A stretch of DNA of 64,000 nt. Origin: Eledone cirrhosa. Lineage: Eukaryota. The notes beneath the pieces were generated by a model, which saw only the letters and a program-made list of their open reading frames with translations, was not told the origin of the DNA and searched no databases. The position numbers and the translations under genes are program-made. Shown piece after piece: positions 1 through 12,100 of this stretch (positions within the stretch are counted from its first letter, which is position 1; each line of letters begins with the position of its first letter). Location: assembly GCA_964016885.1 (NCBI GenBank), contig OZ024740.1, forward strand, positions 142,414,001 through 142,478,000, given 5' to 3'.

Positions 1-44
1 TTGAATTCTAAATTTCATAAGGGTATACTCAACAACGCAGAAAC

Positions 45-310
45 GCGCGGGCAGGTGGTTAGGGTGTTGGGCCCACGATTGTGAAGTCGTGAAATCTATT
101 CTCAAAGCGGATAGCAGGGTATACCCTTGAGCAATGCTCTTCATTTCACGTTGTTCTAGTTCACAGCTGAAAAGACGAGTACTAGCAACAACAGCTAATG
201 GTTAACTTTACGAATGGATTAAAGTCCAGACTTGTACATTCAGTAACATGCAGTGTCGCATGAAATCGGACTAAACTCTAACCTGACGAGCCTTGGGGTT
301 CGAGGAAGAC
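45..310 (+). mobile_element. Degenerate tRNA-derived SINE, family A
   Basis: tRNA-like head GGCAGGTGGTTAGGGTGTTGGGCCCACGATTGTGAAGTCGTG with a decayed B-box, followed by CTTGAGCAAT at 126-135. The same layout and motif recur at 1168-1275. The 3' boundary is approximate. Confidence 0.55.
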
Positions 311-935
311 TTTGTCTCCCTGGTTTCAGATTTACAGTTTAAACTTTTGGGGTCTTAATTTTGACTTTCATAATTCCTAGGCAGTCATAGAAAAGTAATA
401 GTAACTGCCAACACTCCTTCAAAAAACAAATATCAACAGTGTCTCAATCAATATTGGTTTCTGTAGACGAAACACTAGTCACCCAGCTTTTCAGTGCACT
501 TGGCTAAACCTATAATATGTATCCCCTTCTCCCAAATAAAATTTGGCAAGCTGGTGAACTAAATTATTGGAATTTCTTACTCTAACTACACTAAGAAACT
601 TACTGAGACTACATTTCCCACTACACAACCTACACTCACTTTTTAAATTCAGTAATCCATACCTGAGTTCTTTGCCCTAGGCGGCAGTCTAATGATAGCG
701 TTGAACTTGTTAGACACTAGAGGACAAGAGAAAATGAGTCTTAATGACATATGTAACATAAAATGGTTTTACTCAAGAACTGAAGCCACTTTTGTAAACC
801 ATAGCTTACTTCTGAATTTATGTAGCTCCCCACGAAGAAATCTGTGAACTCCAGCCGAGACATACGTATGTCTCGGGCAGTTAAACGAGGTGGAGCGCGT
901 CATTCCCCAGGCTGAAACGTAGCTGAATTTTTCCA

Positions 936-972
936 GAGAGAGAGTGTATGAGAGAGAGAGAGAAGAAGAAGA
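936..972. repeat. (GA)n/(GAA)n purine microsatellite
   Basis: AGAGAGAGAG...AGAGAGAGAGAGAAGAAGAAGAA read directly. Confidence 0.85.
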
Positions 973-990
973 ATCTACTCCCGTACCGGA

Positions 991-1078
991 CTAGTGCATT
1001 ATTTATTGACAACGAAAGGATGAAAGCCGGAATGAATACTGCAAAGCATTCTGTCCGACGTTCTAACGACTGCCAATT
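991..1078 (-). mobile_element. Internally deleted SINE, family B (related to 3704-3885)
   Basis: The reverse complement reads TTGGCAGTCGTTAGAACGTCGGACAGAATGCTTTGCAG...CTTTCATCCTTTCGTTGTCAATAAAT. This is colinear with TTGGCAGTATCGGTAGAGGGTCGGACGCCATGCTTTGACG...TTTCATCCTTACAGGGTCGATAAAAT at 3707-3829. The B-box segment is missing. Confidence 0.7.
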
Positions 1079-1167
1079 TGGCATCCTAGAAGCAAATAAT
1101 GTGAATAAAACCAAATTAAAACAAATTTTATCTGTTCAAAACGTTGTTACTGTTTACAAGTTTCATA

Positions 1168-1275
1168 GGCAAGTGGTCAGATGATTAGAGTATTCGACTT
1201 ACGATCATATAAAATCGTATGTTCAATTCCTTAAATAGACGGCTTGTCTGTTCTTGAGCAATACATTTCACATCA
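1168..1275 (+). mobile_element. Degenerate tRNA-derived SINE, family A (5' part)
   Basis: A-box-like TGGTCAGATGA, a ...ACGATC...ATCGT... stem, B-box GTTCAATTCC at 1221-1230, and CTTGAGCAAT at 1253-1262 shared with the copy at 45-310. Confidence 0.6.
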
Positions 1276-1654
1276 CTTCTGCTAGGAGTTGTGACAGACA
1301 GATAATATCAACAATGGAAAAACCAATGGAAACGTTGTTTCCTTGATTCGATCTAATGATCCTTTCCTTTCCTTTAAATAGTAATGGAGATAAACTATAG
1401 AAATATTTAAGCAAATAAACAAAGTTAAAATCTACCTGAGTTAGTATAAGTTGGTCCAAGTTGAGAGAGTAGAGTGAAGCGGTGCAGACTGTGCCAACAT
1501 GTTGCAATAGCAGCAGGCACAAGAAAAATACAGGGTTGTAGGTTCAAAACGTATGTTTATTTTTACCAGACTGTGGGGAAAATATCGCCACTAATATCAA
1601 CCATAATAGTACATCACATGCGTTTGTATATATATAAATATATAGTAATAAAGA

Positions 1655-1716
1655 TTTCTGCTTTAGGCACAAGGCCAACAATTTTGTGGGGAGGAGAAAG
1701 TCGATTAAATCGATCC
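1655..1716 (-). mobile_element. 3' fragment of SINE family B
   Basis: The reverse complement ends GGCCTTGTGCCTAAAGCAGAAA, matching GGCCTTGTGCCAAAAGTAGAAA at 3860-3881. Confidence 0.7.
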
Positions 1717-1869
1717 GAGTTTCAAGTAAACAACATATTAAAACGAAAGAACACTGCAAGATTCCTTAGAATTTAATATTGACGACAAATTTCTATTAAA
1801 ATATTTTTTGGAAATTTATAACACAATAATAAGCAATTTTATATTTGTCCCATTAGGAATTCAATTTAA

Positions 1870-2360
1870 ACATTCACTCTCATAGACACAGAAATAACAC
1901 AGTATAAGCATATAGATGTGAAAACAAACTCACACACAAACACACAGACAAACACGTTACATATACAAACATTCACATACACAAGCAACAAGTGCGCACG
2001 CACATACACGTACGCAAATAAATACACACATACGGACACACACATACAAACCAAGGCAAGAATCGAGGAAGCATACGCCGAGAAACATATAGACATTACA
2101 CATCACATATACAAACCTACGTACACAAATGCAACAAGTAGATAGACATACGCACACACACACATATGACCACTAACACACACACAGACACACGTATACT
2201 TACAAACACAATAATCACATGGATAACATATATAGACATACATGGGCATTGCACTTCATATAAGCCAACAAAAACAAACACACACTATACAAACGCACGC
2301 GCGCTAGCACACGTGTACACGCATACGCGCACACATATGCATATATATATATATATATAC
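1870..2360. repeat. Degenerate (CA)n/(CATA)n low-complexity tract ending in (TA)n
   Basis: Repeated CACACA/CATACA/CGCACA motifs and an (AT)n run at 2341-2359. Confidence 0.9.
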
Positions 2361-2512
2361 AATATATTAATAAATGGAAACTATATTTATAAAACCATAA
2401 TTATTTTATTATATATATTTCAAGGGCAACCAAGGCAATCTTGGTGCGCTTTCATCAGATAAAATACAAAATTTGTTTTATAAATAGTGACATAACCGTG
2501 GAAAACAACTTC

Positions 2513-2515
<3 letters not shown>

Positions 2516-2543
<28 letters not shown>
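2516..2543. repeat. (TA)n microsatellite
   Basis: Pure TA run. Confidence 0.95.
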
Positions 2544-2546
<3 letters not shown>

Positions 2547-2762
2547 TAGAGTATTGATATTCAATTTATTAAGGATAAAATGTGGTCTTATTAGTCTGGA
2601 GTTCTTGACTGATGACCCTGTGATAAACAGGCGATCTCCAGAGTAACAAGACTTACTATTTAGCCTTAATAAAATTAATATTAAAACTCTACTTCGGTAT
2701 TGAGTACTCCTTTCTCTCAGCCGTCAACCACATACGGATGTGATTAACTAACATTTGCTTTA
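2544..2762 (+). mobile_element. TA-flanked interspersed-repeat fragment, Penelope-like terminal (pLTR) remnant
   Basis: Bounded by (TA)n on both sides and contains a degenerate type I hammerhead fold at 2603-2651. It shares the motif GAGTACTC(A/G)ATAC...GTAGAGT, in opposite orientation (2686-2709), with the element at 2894-3080 (2938-2965). The Penelope assignment is inference from the known hammerhead-Penelope association. Confidence 0.4.
2603..2651 (+). ncRNA. Degenerate minimal type I hammerhead ribozyme motif (probably inactive)
   Basis: Stem I TCTTG(2603-07)/CAAGA(2647-51). Core CTGATGA at 2609-15. Stem II CCTGT/ACAGG (2617-21/2627-31). The GAAA position reads GAT (2633-35). Short stem III CTC-CA-GAG, then TA as the UH site (2644-45). 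Confidence 0.45.
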
Positions 2763-2763
2763 C

Positions 2764-2796
<33 letters not shown>

Positions 2797-2799
2797 ATA
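2764..2799. repeat. Compound (TA)n(TG)n microsatellite
   Basis: Read directly. Confidence 0.95.
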
Positions 2800-2879
2800 C
2801 AAGGTGTCTCAAAAAAACGTATACACAATTTGATTAGAATGCTGTTGAAGCGTGTATACATTTTTGGGGGGACACCTTG
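2800..2879. mobile_element. ~80-bp MITE, Tc1/mariner-type non-autonomous DNA transposon
   Basis: Imperfect TIRs: CAAGGTGTCTCAAAAAAACGTATACAC (2800-2826), and 2852-2879 whose reverse complement is CAAGGTGTCCCCCCAAAAATGTATACAC. The spacer is 25 bp. There is a TA on the left and a TA-rich right flank (reads TT-TATA, so the target-site duplication is imperfect). Confidence 0.7.
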
Positions 2880-2893
2880 TTTATATATATATA

Positions 2894-3075
2894 ACAAAGA
2901 AAGTATGGTAAGAAACCAGGTGGACCATAATGCACCAGAGTACTCGATACTTCGGGTAGTAGAGTGGGTAATAGGAAAAGAGTCAGGACCCTGACGGCTG
3001 AGCTCCGGCCGTTTCGACGTTGGGATCTAGCTGTCGAAGCGGCCGGAACTCAGCCGTCGGGGTCCTGACTCTTTT

Positions 3076-3080
<5 letters not shown>
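2894..3080. mobile_element. TA-flanked repeat fragment with internal inverted duplication (Penelope-like)
   Basis: Lies between (TA)n tracts, is GC-rich relative to its flanks, carries the GAGTACTCGATAC motif related to 2686-2709, and ends in the 48-bp inverted repeat. Confidence 0.4.
2971..3080. repeat. 48-bp inverted repeat with 14-nt loop (110-nt hairpin)
   Basis: Arms 2971-3018 and 3033-3080 pair at 45 of 48 positions. The exceptions are T2992:G3059, C3003:A3048 and T3012:G3039. Confidence 0.95.

Positions 3081-3112
<32 letters not shown>
3078..3112. repeat. (TA)n microsatellite
   Basis: Pure TA run. Confidence 0.95.
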
Positions 3113-3114
<2 letters not shown>

Positions 3115-3394
3115 GTGTATATTATTAGCACAGATTAAAAGTTTAATCAAACAATTTCTCCTTTCACCCTAAAGCTGGATATATAAAGAGAGAGGGAACA
3201 TCACATATAAAAACTATCATGCAAAAACAGAAGCAAACAGTAAAAGAAATAAAGGAAACGCCATTGTGATATGACATTATCTCTGAGGATCTATAACATC
3301 TGCTTGAGAGCCCCTAACTATATATTAAGGTCTCTCTGCCCTATTATTTTATTGATTAGTTTGCGTACGGTTTGTTTCAGATATATGCTTCTAA

Positions 3395-3637
3395 TGTGTG
3401 TTATTGTTCTTGTTATTCTGTTAATGTTGTTGTTGTTGTTGTTGTATAATTATGAATGTTGATAGCAATCGTGTGGGGAGATTTAAATTGGTTTCTTTGA
3501 TTTTTTTTTTTTGTGTGTTTTTTGGTTTTGTTTTAATATCCTCGTGGCGTGATTATTTTAATTACTAGTATTCAGATTATTAAATACCACTATTGCTTTT
3601 ATTAATACTACTACGAGTATTATTATCATTATATTAC

Positions 3638-3676
<39 letters not shown>

Positions 3677-3700
3677 TAATATTGGTGGATTATTATTAAA
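3395..3700. repeat. Low-complexity (TTG)n, poly-T and degenerate (TAT)n tracts
   Basis: (TGT)n at 3425-3445, T-runs near 3500-3535, and TAT/TAC/CAT triplets at 3550-3700. Confidence 0.85.
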
Positions 3701-3703
3701 AGT

Positions 3704-3885
3704 GGATTGGCAGTATCGGTAGAGGGTCGGACGCCATGCTTTGACGCATAGAGTTACGGCCCTTTATGATCTGAGTTCAAATCCCGCCGAGGTTAACTTT
3801 ACATTTCATCCTTACAGGGTCGATAAAATAGAGTACCAGTAATACACTGGGTAGTTGCTGGCCTTGTGCCAAAAGTAGAAACTAT
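3704..3885 (+). mobile_element. tRNA-derived SINE, family B, near full length with (TAT)n tail
   Basis: A-box TGGCAGTATCGG at 3708-3719, B-box GAGTTCAAATCCC at 3773-3785, central TTTCATCCTTACAGGGTCGATAAAATAGAGTACCAG, and 3' GGCCTTGTGCCAAAAGTAGAAA followed by (TAT)n. Two further fragments of it occur in this window. It resembles octopod SINEs from recollection; not searched. Confidence 0.75.
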
Positions 3886-3918
3886 TATTATTATTATTAC
3901 TATTATTATCATTATTAT
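3883..3918. repeat. (TAT)n microsatellite, SINE tail
   Basis: TATTATTATTATTATTACTATTATTATCATTATTAT. Confidence 0.9.
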
Positions 3919-4024
3919 GAATTTCTGTGTAAACTCCTACTACACATATACACCTACTTTTGTAACCTGTTCCTATCCCCCACCCCTCACTACCCGAGGC
4001 CCTGGCGGAAATAAGGAATGAAGT

Positions 4025-4169
4025 ATCATCCTCATCATCATTCTCCTTCTTCTCCTCCATCTCCCGCCTTATCTTCATCCTCATCATCATCACCTCCATC
4101 ATCATCATCATCACCATCATCATAACCATCATCATCATCATCACCATCATCACCATCATCACAACCATC

Positions 4170-4201
<32 letters not shown>

Positions 4202-4330
4202 AACCATCATCATCATCATCATCATAACCATCATCATCATCATCATTACCATCATCATCATTATCATTCTCCTTCTCCTCCATCTCTCGCCTTATCCTCA
4301 TGCTCATCCTCATCCTCACCATCATCACCA
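4025..4330. repeat. (CAT)n/(CAC) microsatellite with a duplicated polypyrimidine motif; left boundary of the satellite
   Basis: TCATTCTCCTTC(TTC)TCCTCCATCTC(C/T)CGCCTTATC starts at 4038 and again at 4264 (226 bp apart). The two copies are separated by CAT/CAC triplets. Confidence 0.9.
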
Positions 4331-7300
4331 TCAACAACACCACCATCAACAACATCACCATCAACAACACCACCATCAACAACACCACCATCAACAACAC
4401 AACCATCAACAACATCACCATCATCAACATCACCATCAACAACACCATCATCAACATCACCACCATCAACAACACAACCATCAACAACATCACCATCAAC
4501 AACACCACCATCAACTACACCACCATCAACACCACCATCAACAACACTACCATCAACAACACCACCATCAACAACACCATCATCACCAACACCACAATCA
4601 CCAACACCACCATCAACAACACCACCATCAACAACATCACCATCAACAACACCACAAACACCAACACCACAATCACCAACACCACCATCAACAACACCAC
4701 CATCAACAACACCACCATCAACAACATCGGCATCAACAACATCACCATCAACAACACCATCATCACCAACACCACAATCACCAACACCACAATCACCAAC
4801 ACCACCATCAACAACACCACCATCAACAACACCACCATCAACAACATCGCCATCAACAACATCACCATCAACAACACCATCATCACCAACACCACAATCA
4901 CCAACACCACAATCACCAACACCACCATCAACAACACCAACATCAAAAACACCACCATCAACAACATCACCATCAACAACACCACCATCAACAACACCAC
5001 CATCAACAAACTCACCAACAACAACATCAACAACACCACCATAAACAACACCACCATCAACAACACCACCATCAACAACACCACCATCAACAACACCGCC
5101 ATCAACACCACCACCATCAACAACATCACCATCAACAACTACACCATCAACAACACAACCATCAACAACACTACCATCAACAACACCACCATCAACAACA
5201 CCACCATCAACAACACCACCATCAACAACATCACCATCAACAACACCACCATCAACAACACCACCATCAACAACACCACCATCAACAACACCACCATCAA
5301 CAACACCACCATCAACAACACCACCATCAACAACATCACCAACAACAACACCAACATCAACAACACCACCATCAACAACACCACCATCAACAACACCACC
5401 ATCAACAACACCGCCATCAACACCACCACCATCAACAACATCACCATCAACAACACCATCAACAACACCACCATAAACAACACCACCATCAACAACACCA
5501 CCATCAACAACACCAGCATCAACAACATCACCATCAACATCACCATCATCAACAACACCACCATCAACAACACCACCATCAACAACACCACCATCAACAA
5601 CACCACCATCAACAACACCACCATCAACAACATCACCATCAACAACATCACCATCAACAACACCACCATCAACAACATCACCATCAACAACATCACCATC
5701 AACAACACCAACATCAAAAACATCAACATCAACAACACCACCATCAACAACACCACCAACAACAACATCACCATCAACAACATCACCATCAACAACATCA
5801 CCATCAACAACACCAACATCAACAACATCAACATCAACAACACCACCATCAACAACATCACCATCAACAACATCACCATCAACAACATCACCATCAACAT
5901 CACCATCAACAACACCACCATCAACAACATCACCATCAACAACACCACCAACAACAACATCACCATCAACAACATCACCATCAACAACATCACCATCAAC
6001 AACATCACCATCAACAACACCACCAACAACAACATCACCATCAACAACTACGCCATCAACAACATCACCATCATCAACATCACCATAAACAACATCACCA
6101 TCAACAACATCATCACCAACAACACCAACATCAACACCACCACCATCAACAACATCACCATCAACACCACCACCATCAACAACATCACCATCAATAACAT
6201 CACCATCAACAACACCACCATCAACAACATCAGCATCAACAACACCACCATCAACAACATCACCATCAACAACATCACCATCAACAACACCACCAACAAC
6301 AACATCACCATCAACAACTACACCATCAACAACATCACCATCATCAACATCACCATAAACAACATCACCATCAACAACATCATCAACAACAACACCAACA
6401 TCAACACCACCACCATCAACAACATTACCATCAACACCACCACCATCAACAACATCACCATCAATAACATCACCATCAACAAGACCACCATCAACAACAC
6501 CGCCATCAACAACACCACCATCAACAACACCACCATCAACAACATCACCATCAACAACACCACCAACAACAACATCAACATCAACAACACCATCATCAAC
6601 AACATCACGATCATCAACATCACCATCAACAACACCACCATCAACAACACCACCATCAACAACACCATCATCAACAACATCACCATCATCAACATCACCA
6701 TCAACAACACCACCATCAACAACACCACCATTAACAACAACATCAACAACACCACTATCAACACCACCATCAGCAACACCACCATCAACAGCATCACCAC
6801 CATCAACAACATCACCATCAACAACATCACCATCAACAACATCACCATTAACAACAACATCAACAACACCACTATCAACATCACCATCAACAACACCACC
6901 ATCAACAACACCACCATCAACAACACCACCATCAACAACACCACCATCAACAACACCACCATCATCAACATCACCATAAACAACACCATCATCAACAACA
7001 CTACCATCAACAACACCACCATCAACAACACCAACATTAACAACACCACCATCAACAACACCACCATCAACAACATCACCATCAACAACATCACCATCAA
7101 CAACATCACCATCAACAACACCACCATCAACAACATCAACATCAACAACATCACCATCAACAACACCACCATCAACAACATCACCATCAACAACACCACC
7201 ATCAACAACACCACCATCAACAACATCACCATCAACAACATCACCAGCAACAACATCACCATTAACAACACCACCATCAACAACACCACCATCAACAACA

Positions 7301-9149
7301 TCAACATCAACAACATCACCATCAACAACACCACCATCAACAACATCACCATCAACAACACCACCATCAACAACACCACCATCAACAACATCACCATCAA
7401 CAACATCACCAGCAACATCATCACCATTAACAACACCACCATCAACAACACCACCATCAACAACATCAACATCAACAACATCACCATCAACAACACCACC
7501 ATCAACAACATCACCATCAACAACACCACCATCAACAACACCACCATCAACAACATCACCATCAACAACACCACCATCAACAACATCACCATCAACAACA
7601 CCACCATCAACAACATCACCATCAACACCACCACCATCAACAACACCACCATCAACAACACCACCATCAACAATACCACCATCCACAACATCACCATCAA
7701 CAACACCACCATCAGCAACACCAGCATTAACAACACCACCATCAACAACACCACCATCAACAACACCACCATCAACAACATCAACATCAACAACATCACC
7801 ATCAACAACACCACCATCAACGACACCACCATCAACAACACCATCATCAACAACACCACCATCAACAACATCACCATCAACAACACCACCATCAACAACA
7901 CCATCATCAACAACACCATCATTAACAACATCACCATCAACAACACCACCATCAACAACACCACCATCAACAACATCACCATCAACAACACCACCATCAA
8001 CACCACCACCATCAACAACATCACCATCAACAACATCACCATCAACAACATCACCATCAACAGCACCACCATCAACAACACCACCATCAACAACACCACA
8101 ATCACCAACACCACCATCAACAACACCACCATCAACAACACCAACATCAACAACATCACCATCATCAACACCACCATCAACAACACTACCATCAACAACA
8201 CCACCATCAACAACACCACAAACACCAACACCACAATCACCAACACCACCATCAACAACATCACCATCAACAACACCATCATCACCAACACCACAATCAC
8301 CAACACCACAATCACCAACACCACCATCAACAACACCAACATCAAAAACACCACCAGCAACAACATCACCATCAACAACACCACCATCAACAACACCACC
8401 ATCAACAAACTCACCAACAACAACATCAACAACACCACCATAAACAACACCACCATCAACAACACCACCATCAACAACACCACCATCAACAACACCGCCA
8501 TCAACACCACCACCATCAACAACATCACCATCAACAACACCATCAACAACACCACCATAAACAACACCACCATCAACAACACCACCATCAACAACACCAC
8601 CATCAACAACACCAGCATCAACAACATCACCATCAACATCACCATCATCAACAACACCACCATCAACAACACCACCATCAACAACACCACCATCAACAAC
8701 ACCACCATCAACAACACCACCATCAACAACATCACCAACAACAACACCAACATCAACAACACCACCATCAACAACACCACCATCAACAACACCACCATCA
8801 ACAACACCGCCATCAACACCACCACCATCAACAACATCACCATCAACAACACCATCAACAACACCACCATAAACAACACCACCATCAACAACACCACCAT
8901 CAACAACACCAGCATCAACAACATCACCATCAACATCACCATCATCAACAACACCACCATCAACAACACCACCATCAACAACACCACCATCAACAACACC
9001 ACCATCAACAACACCACCATCAACAACATCACCATCAACAACATCACCATCAACAACACCACCATCAACAACATCACCATCAACAACATCACCATCAACA
9101 ACACCACCATCAACAACATCAACATCAACAACACCACCATCAACAACAC

Positions 9150-12100
9150 CACCAACAACAACATCACCATCAACAACATCACCATCAACAACATCACCAT
9201 CAACAACACCACCATCAACAACATCACCATGAACAACACCACCAACAACAACATCACCATCAACAACATCACCATCAACAACATCACCATCAACAACATC
9301 ACCATCAACAACATCACCATCAACAACACCACCAACAACAACATCACCATCAACAACTACACCATCAACAACATCACCATCATCAACATCACCATAAACA
9401 ACATCACCATCAACAACATCATCAACAACAACACCAACATCAACACCACCACCATCAACAACATCACCATCAACACCACCACCATCAACAACATCACCAT
9501 CAATAACATCACCATCAACAAGACCACCATCAACAACACCGCTATCAACAACACCACCATCAACAACACCACCATCAACAACATCACCATCAACAACACC
9601 ACCAACAACAACATCAACATCAACAACACCATCATCAACAACATCACGATCATCAACATCACCATTAACAACACCACCATCAACAACACCACCATCAACA
9701 ACACCATCATCAACAACATCACCATCATCAACATCACCATCAACAACACCACCATCAACAACACCACCATTAACAACAACATCAACAACACCACTATCAA
9801 CACCACCATCAGCAACACCACCATCAACAGCATCACCACCATCAACAACATCACCATCAACAACATCACCATCAACAACATCACCATTAACGACAACATC
9901 AACAACACCACTATCAACATCACCATCAACAACACCACCATCAACAACACCACCATCAACAACACCACCATCAACAACACCACCATCAACAACACCACCA
10001 TCATCAACATCACCATAAACAACACCATCATCAACAACACTACCATCAACAACACCACCATCAACAACACCAACATTAACAACGCCACCATCAACAACAC
10101 CACCATCAACAACATCACCATCAACAACATCACCATCAACAAGACCACCATCAACAACACCGCCATCAACAACACCACCATCAACAACACCACCATCAAC
10201 AACATCACCATCAACAACACCACCAACAACAACATCAACATCAACAACACCATCATCAACAACATCACGATCATCAACATCACCATTAACAACACCACCA
10301 TCAACAACACCACCATCAACAACACCATCATCAACAACATCACCATCATCAACATCACCATCAACAACACCACCATCAACAACACCACCATTAACAACAA
10401 CATCAACAACACCACTATCAACACCACCATCAGCAACACCACCATCAACAGCATCACCACCATCAACAACATCACCATCAACAACATCACCATCAACAAC
10501 ATCACCATTAACAACAACATCAACAACCCCACTATCAACATCACCATCAACAACACCACCATCAACAACACCACCATCAACAACACCACCATTAACAACA
10601 CCACCATCAACAACACCACCATCATCAACATCACCATAAACAACACCATCATCAACAACACTACCATCAACAACACCACCATCAACAACACCAACATTAA
10701 CAACACCACCATCAACAACACCACCATCAACAACATCACCATCAACAACATCACCATCAACAACATCACCATCAACAACACCACCATCAACAACATCAAC
10801 ATCAACAACATCACCATCAACAACACCACCATCAACAACATCACCATCAACAACACCACCATCAACAACACCACCATCAACAACATCACCATCAACAACA
10901 TCACCAGCAACAACATCACCATTAACAACACCACCATCAACAACACCACCATCAACAACATCAACATCAACAACATCACCATCAACAACACCACCATCAA
11001 CAACATCACCATCAACAACACCACCATCAACAACACCACCATCAACAACATCACCATCAACAACATCACCAGCAACATCATCACCATTAACAACACCACC
11101 ATCAACAACACCACCATCAACAACATCAACATCAACAACATCACCATCAACAACACCACCATCAACAACATCACCATCAACAACACCACCATCAACAACA
11201 CCACCATCAACAACACCACCATCAACAACATCACCATCAACAACACCACCATCAACAACACCACCATCAACAACACCGCCATCAACAACATCACCATCAA
11301 CAACACCACCATCAACAACATCACCATCAACAACACCACCATCAACAACACCACCAACAACAACGCCACCATCAACAACACCACCATCAACAACACCACC
11401 ATCAACATCACCATCAACAACATCACCATCAACAACATCACCATCAACAACATCACCATCAACAGCATCACCATCAACAACACCACCATCAACAACATCA
11501 CCATCAACAACACCACCATCAACAACATCACCATCAACACCACCACCATCAACAACACCACCATCAACAACACCACCATCAACAATACCACCATCAACAA
11601 CACCACCATCAACAACACCACCATCAACAATACCACCATCCACAACATCACCATCAACAACACCACCATCAGCAACACCAGCATTAACAACACCACCATC
11701 AACAACACCACCATCAACAACACCACCATCAACAACATCAACATCAACAACATCACCATCAACAACACCACCATCAACAACACCACCATCAACAACACCA
11801 TCATCAACAACATCACCATGAACAACACCACCAACAACAACATCACCATCAACAACATCACCATCAACAACATCACCATCAACAACATCACCATCAACAA
11901 CATCACCATCAACAACACCACCAACAACAACATCACCATCAACAACTACACCATCAACAACATCACCATCATCAACATCACCATAAACAACATCACAATC
12001 AACAACATCATCAACAACAACACCAACATCAACACCACCACCATCAACAACATCACCATCAACACCACCACCATCAACAACATCACCATCAATAACATCA

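Noticed and set aside
2991-3060. Complete hammerhead on the + strand using CTGACGG and GAAG
   Set aside because: Both core boxes deviate from consensus, CTGACGG is only the complement of the CCGTCAG cleavage-site region, and the 48-bp stem would dominate folding.
881-3462. Short 63-100-aa ORFs in the left flank
   Set aside because: They overlap SINE fragments and microsatellites and show no recognisable domain.
3704-3790. tRNA gene
   Set aside because: A and B boxes are present but I could not build a cloverleaf. The sequence continues into a body shared with other copies and a (TAT)n tail, so it is a SINE head.
3812-4514. Poly-Met and poly-Asp ORFs
   Set aside because: Translations of the (CAT)n microsatellite on the minus strand.
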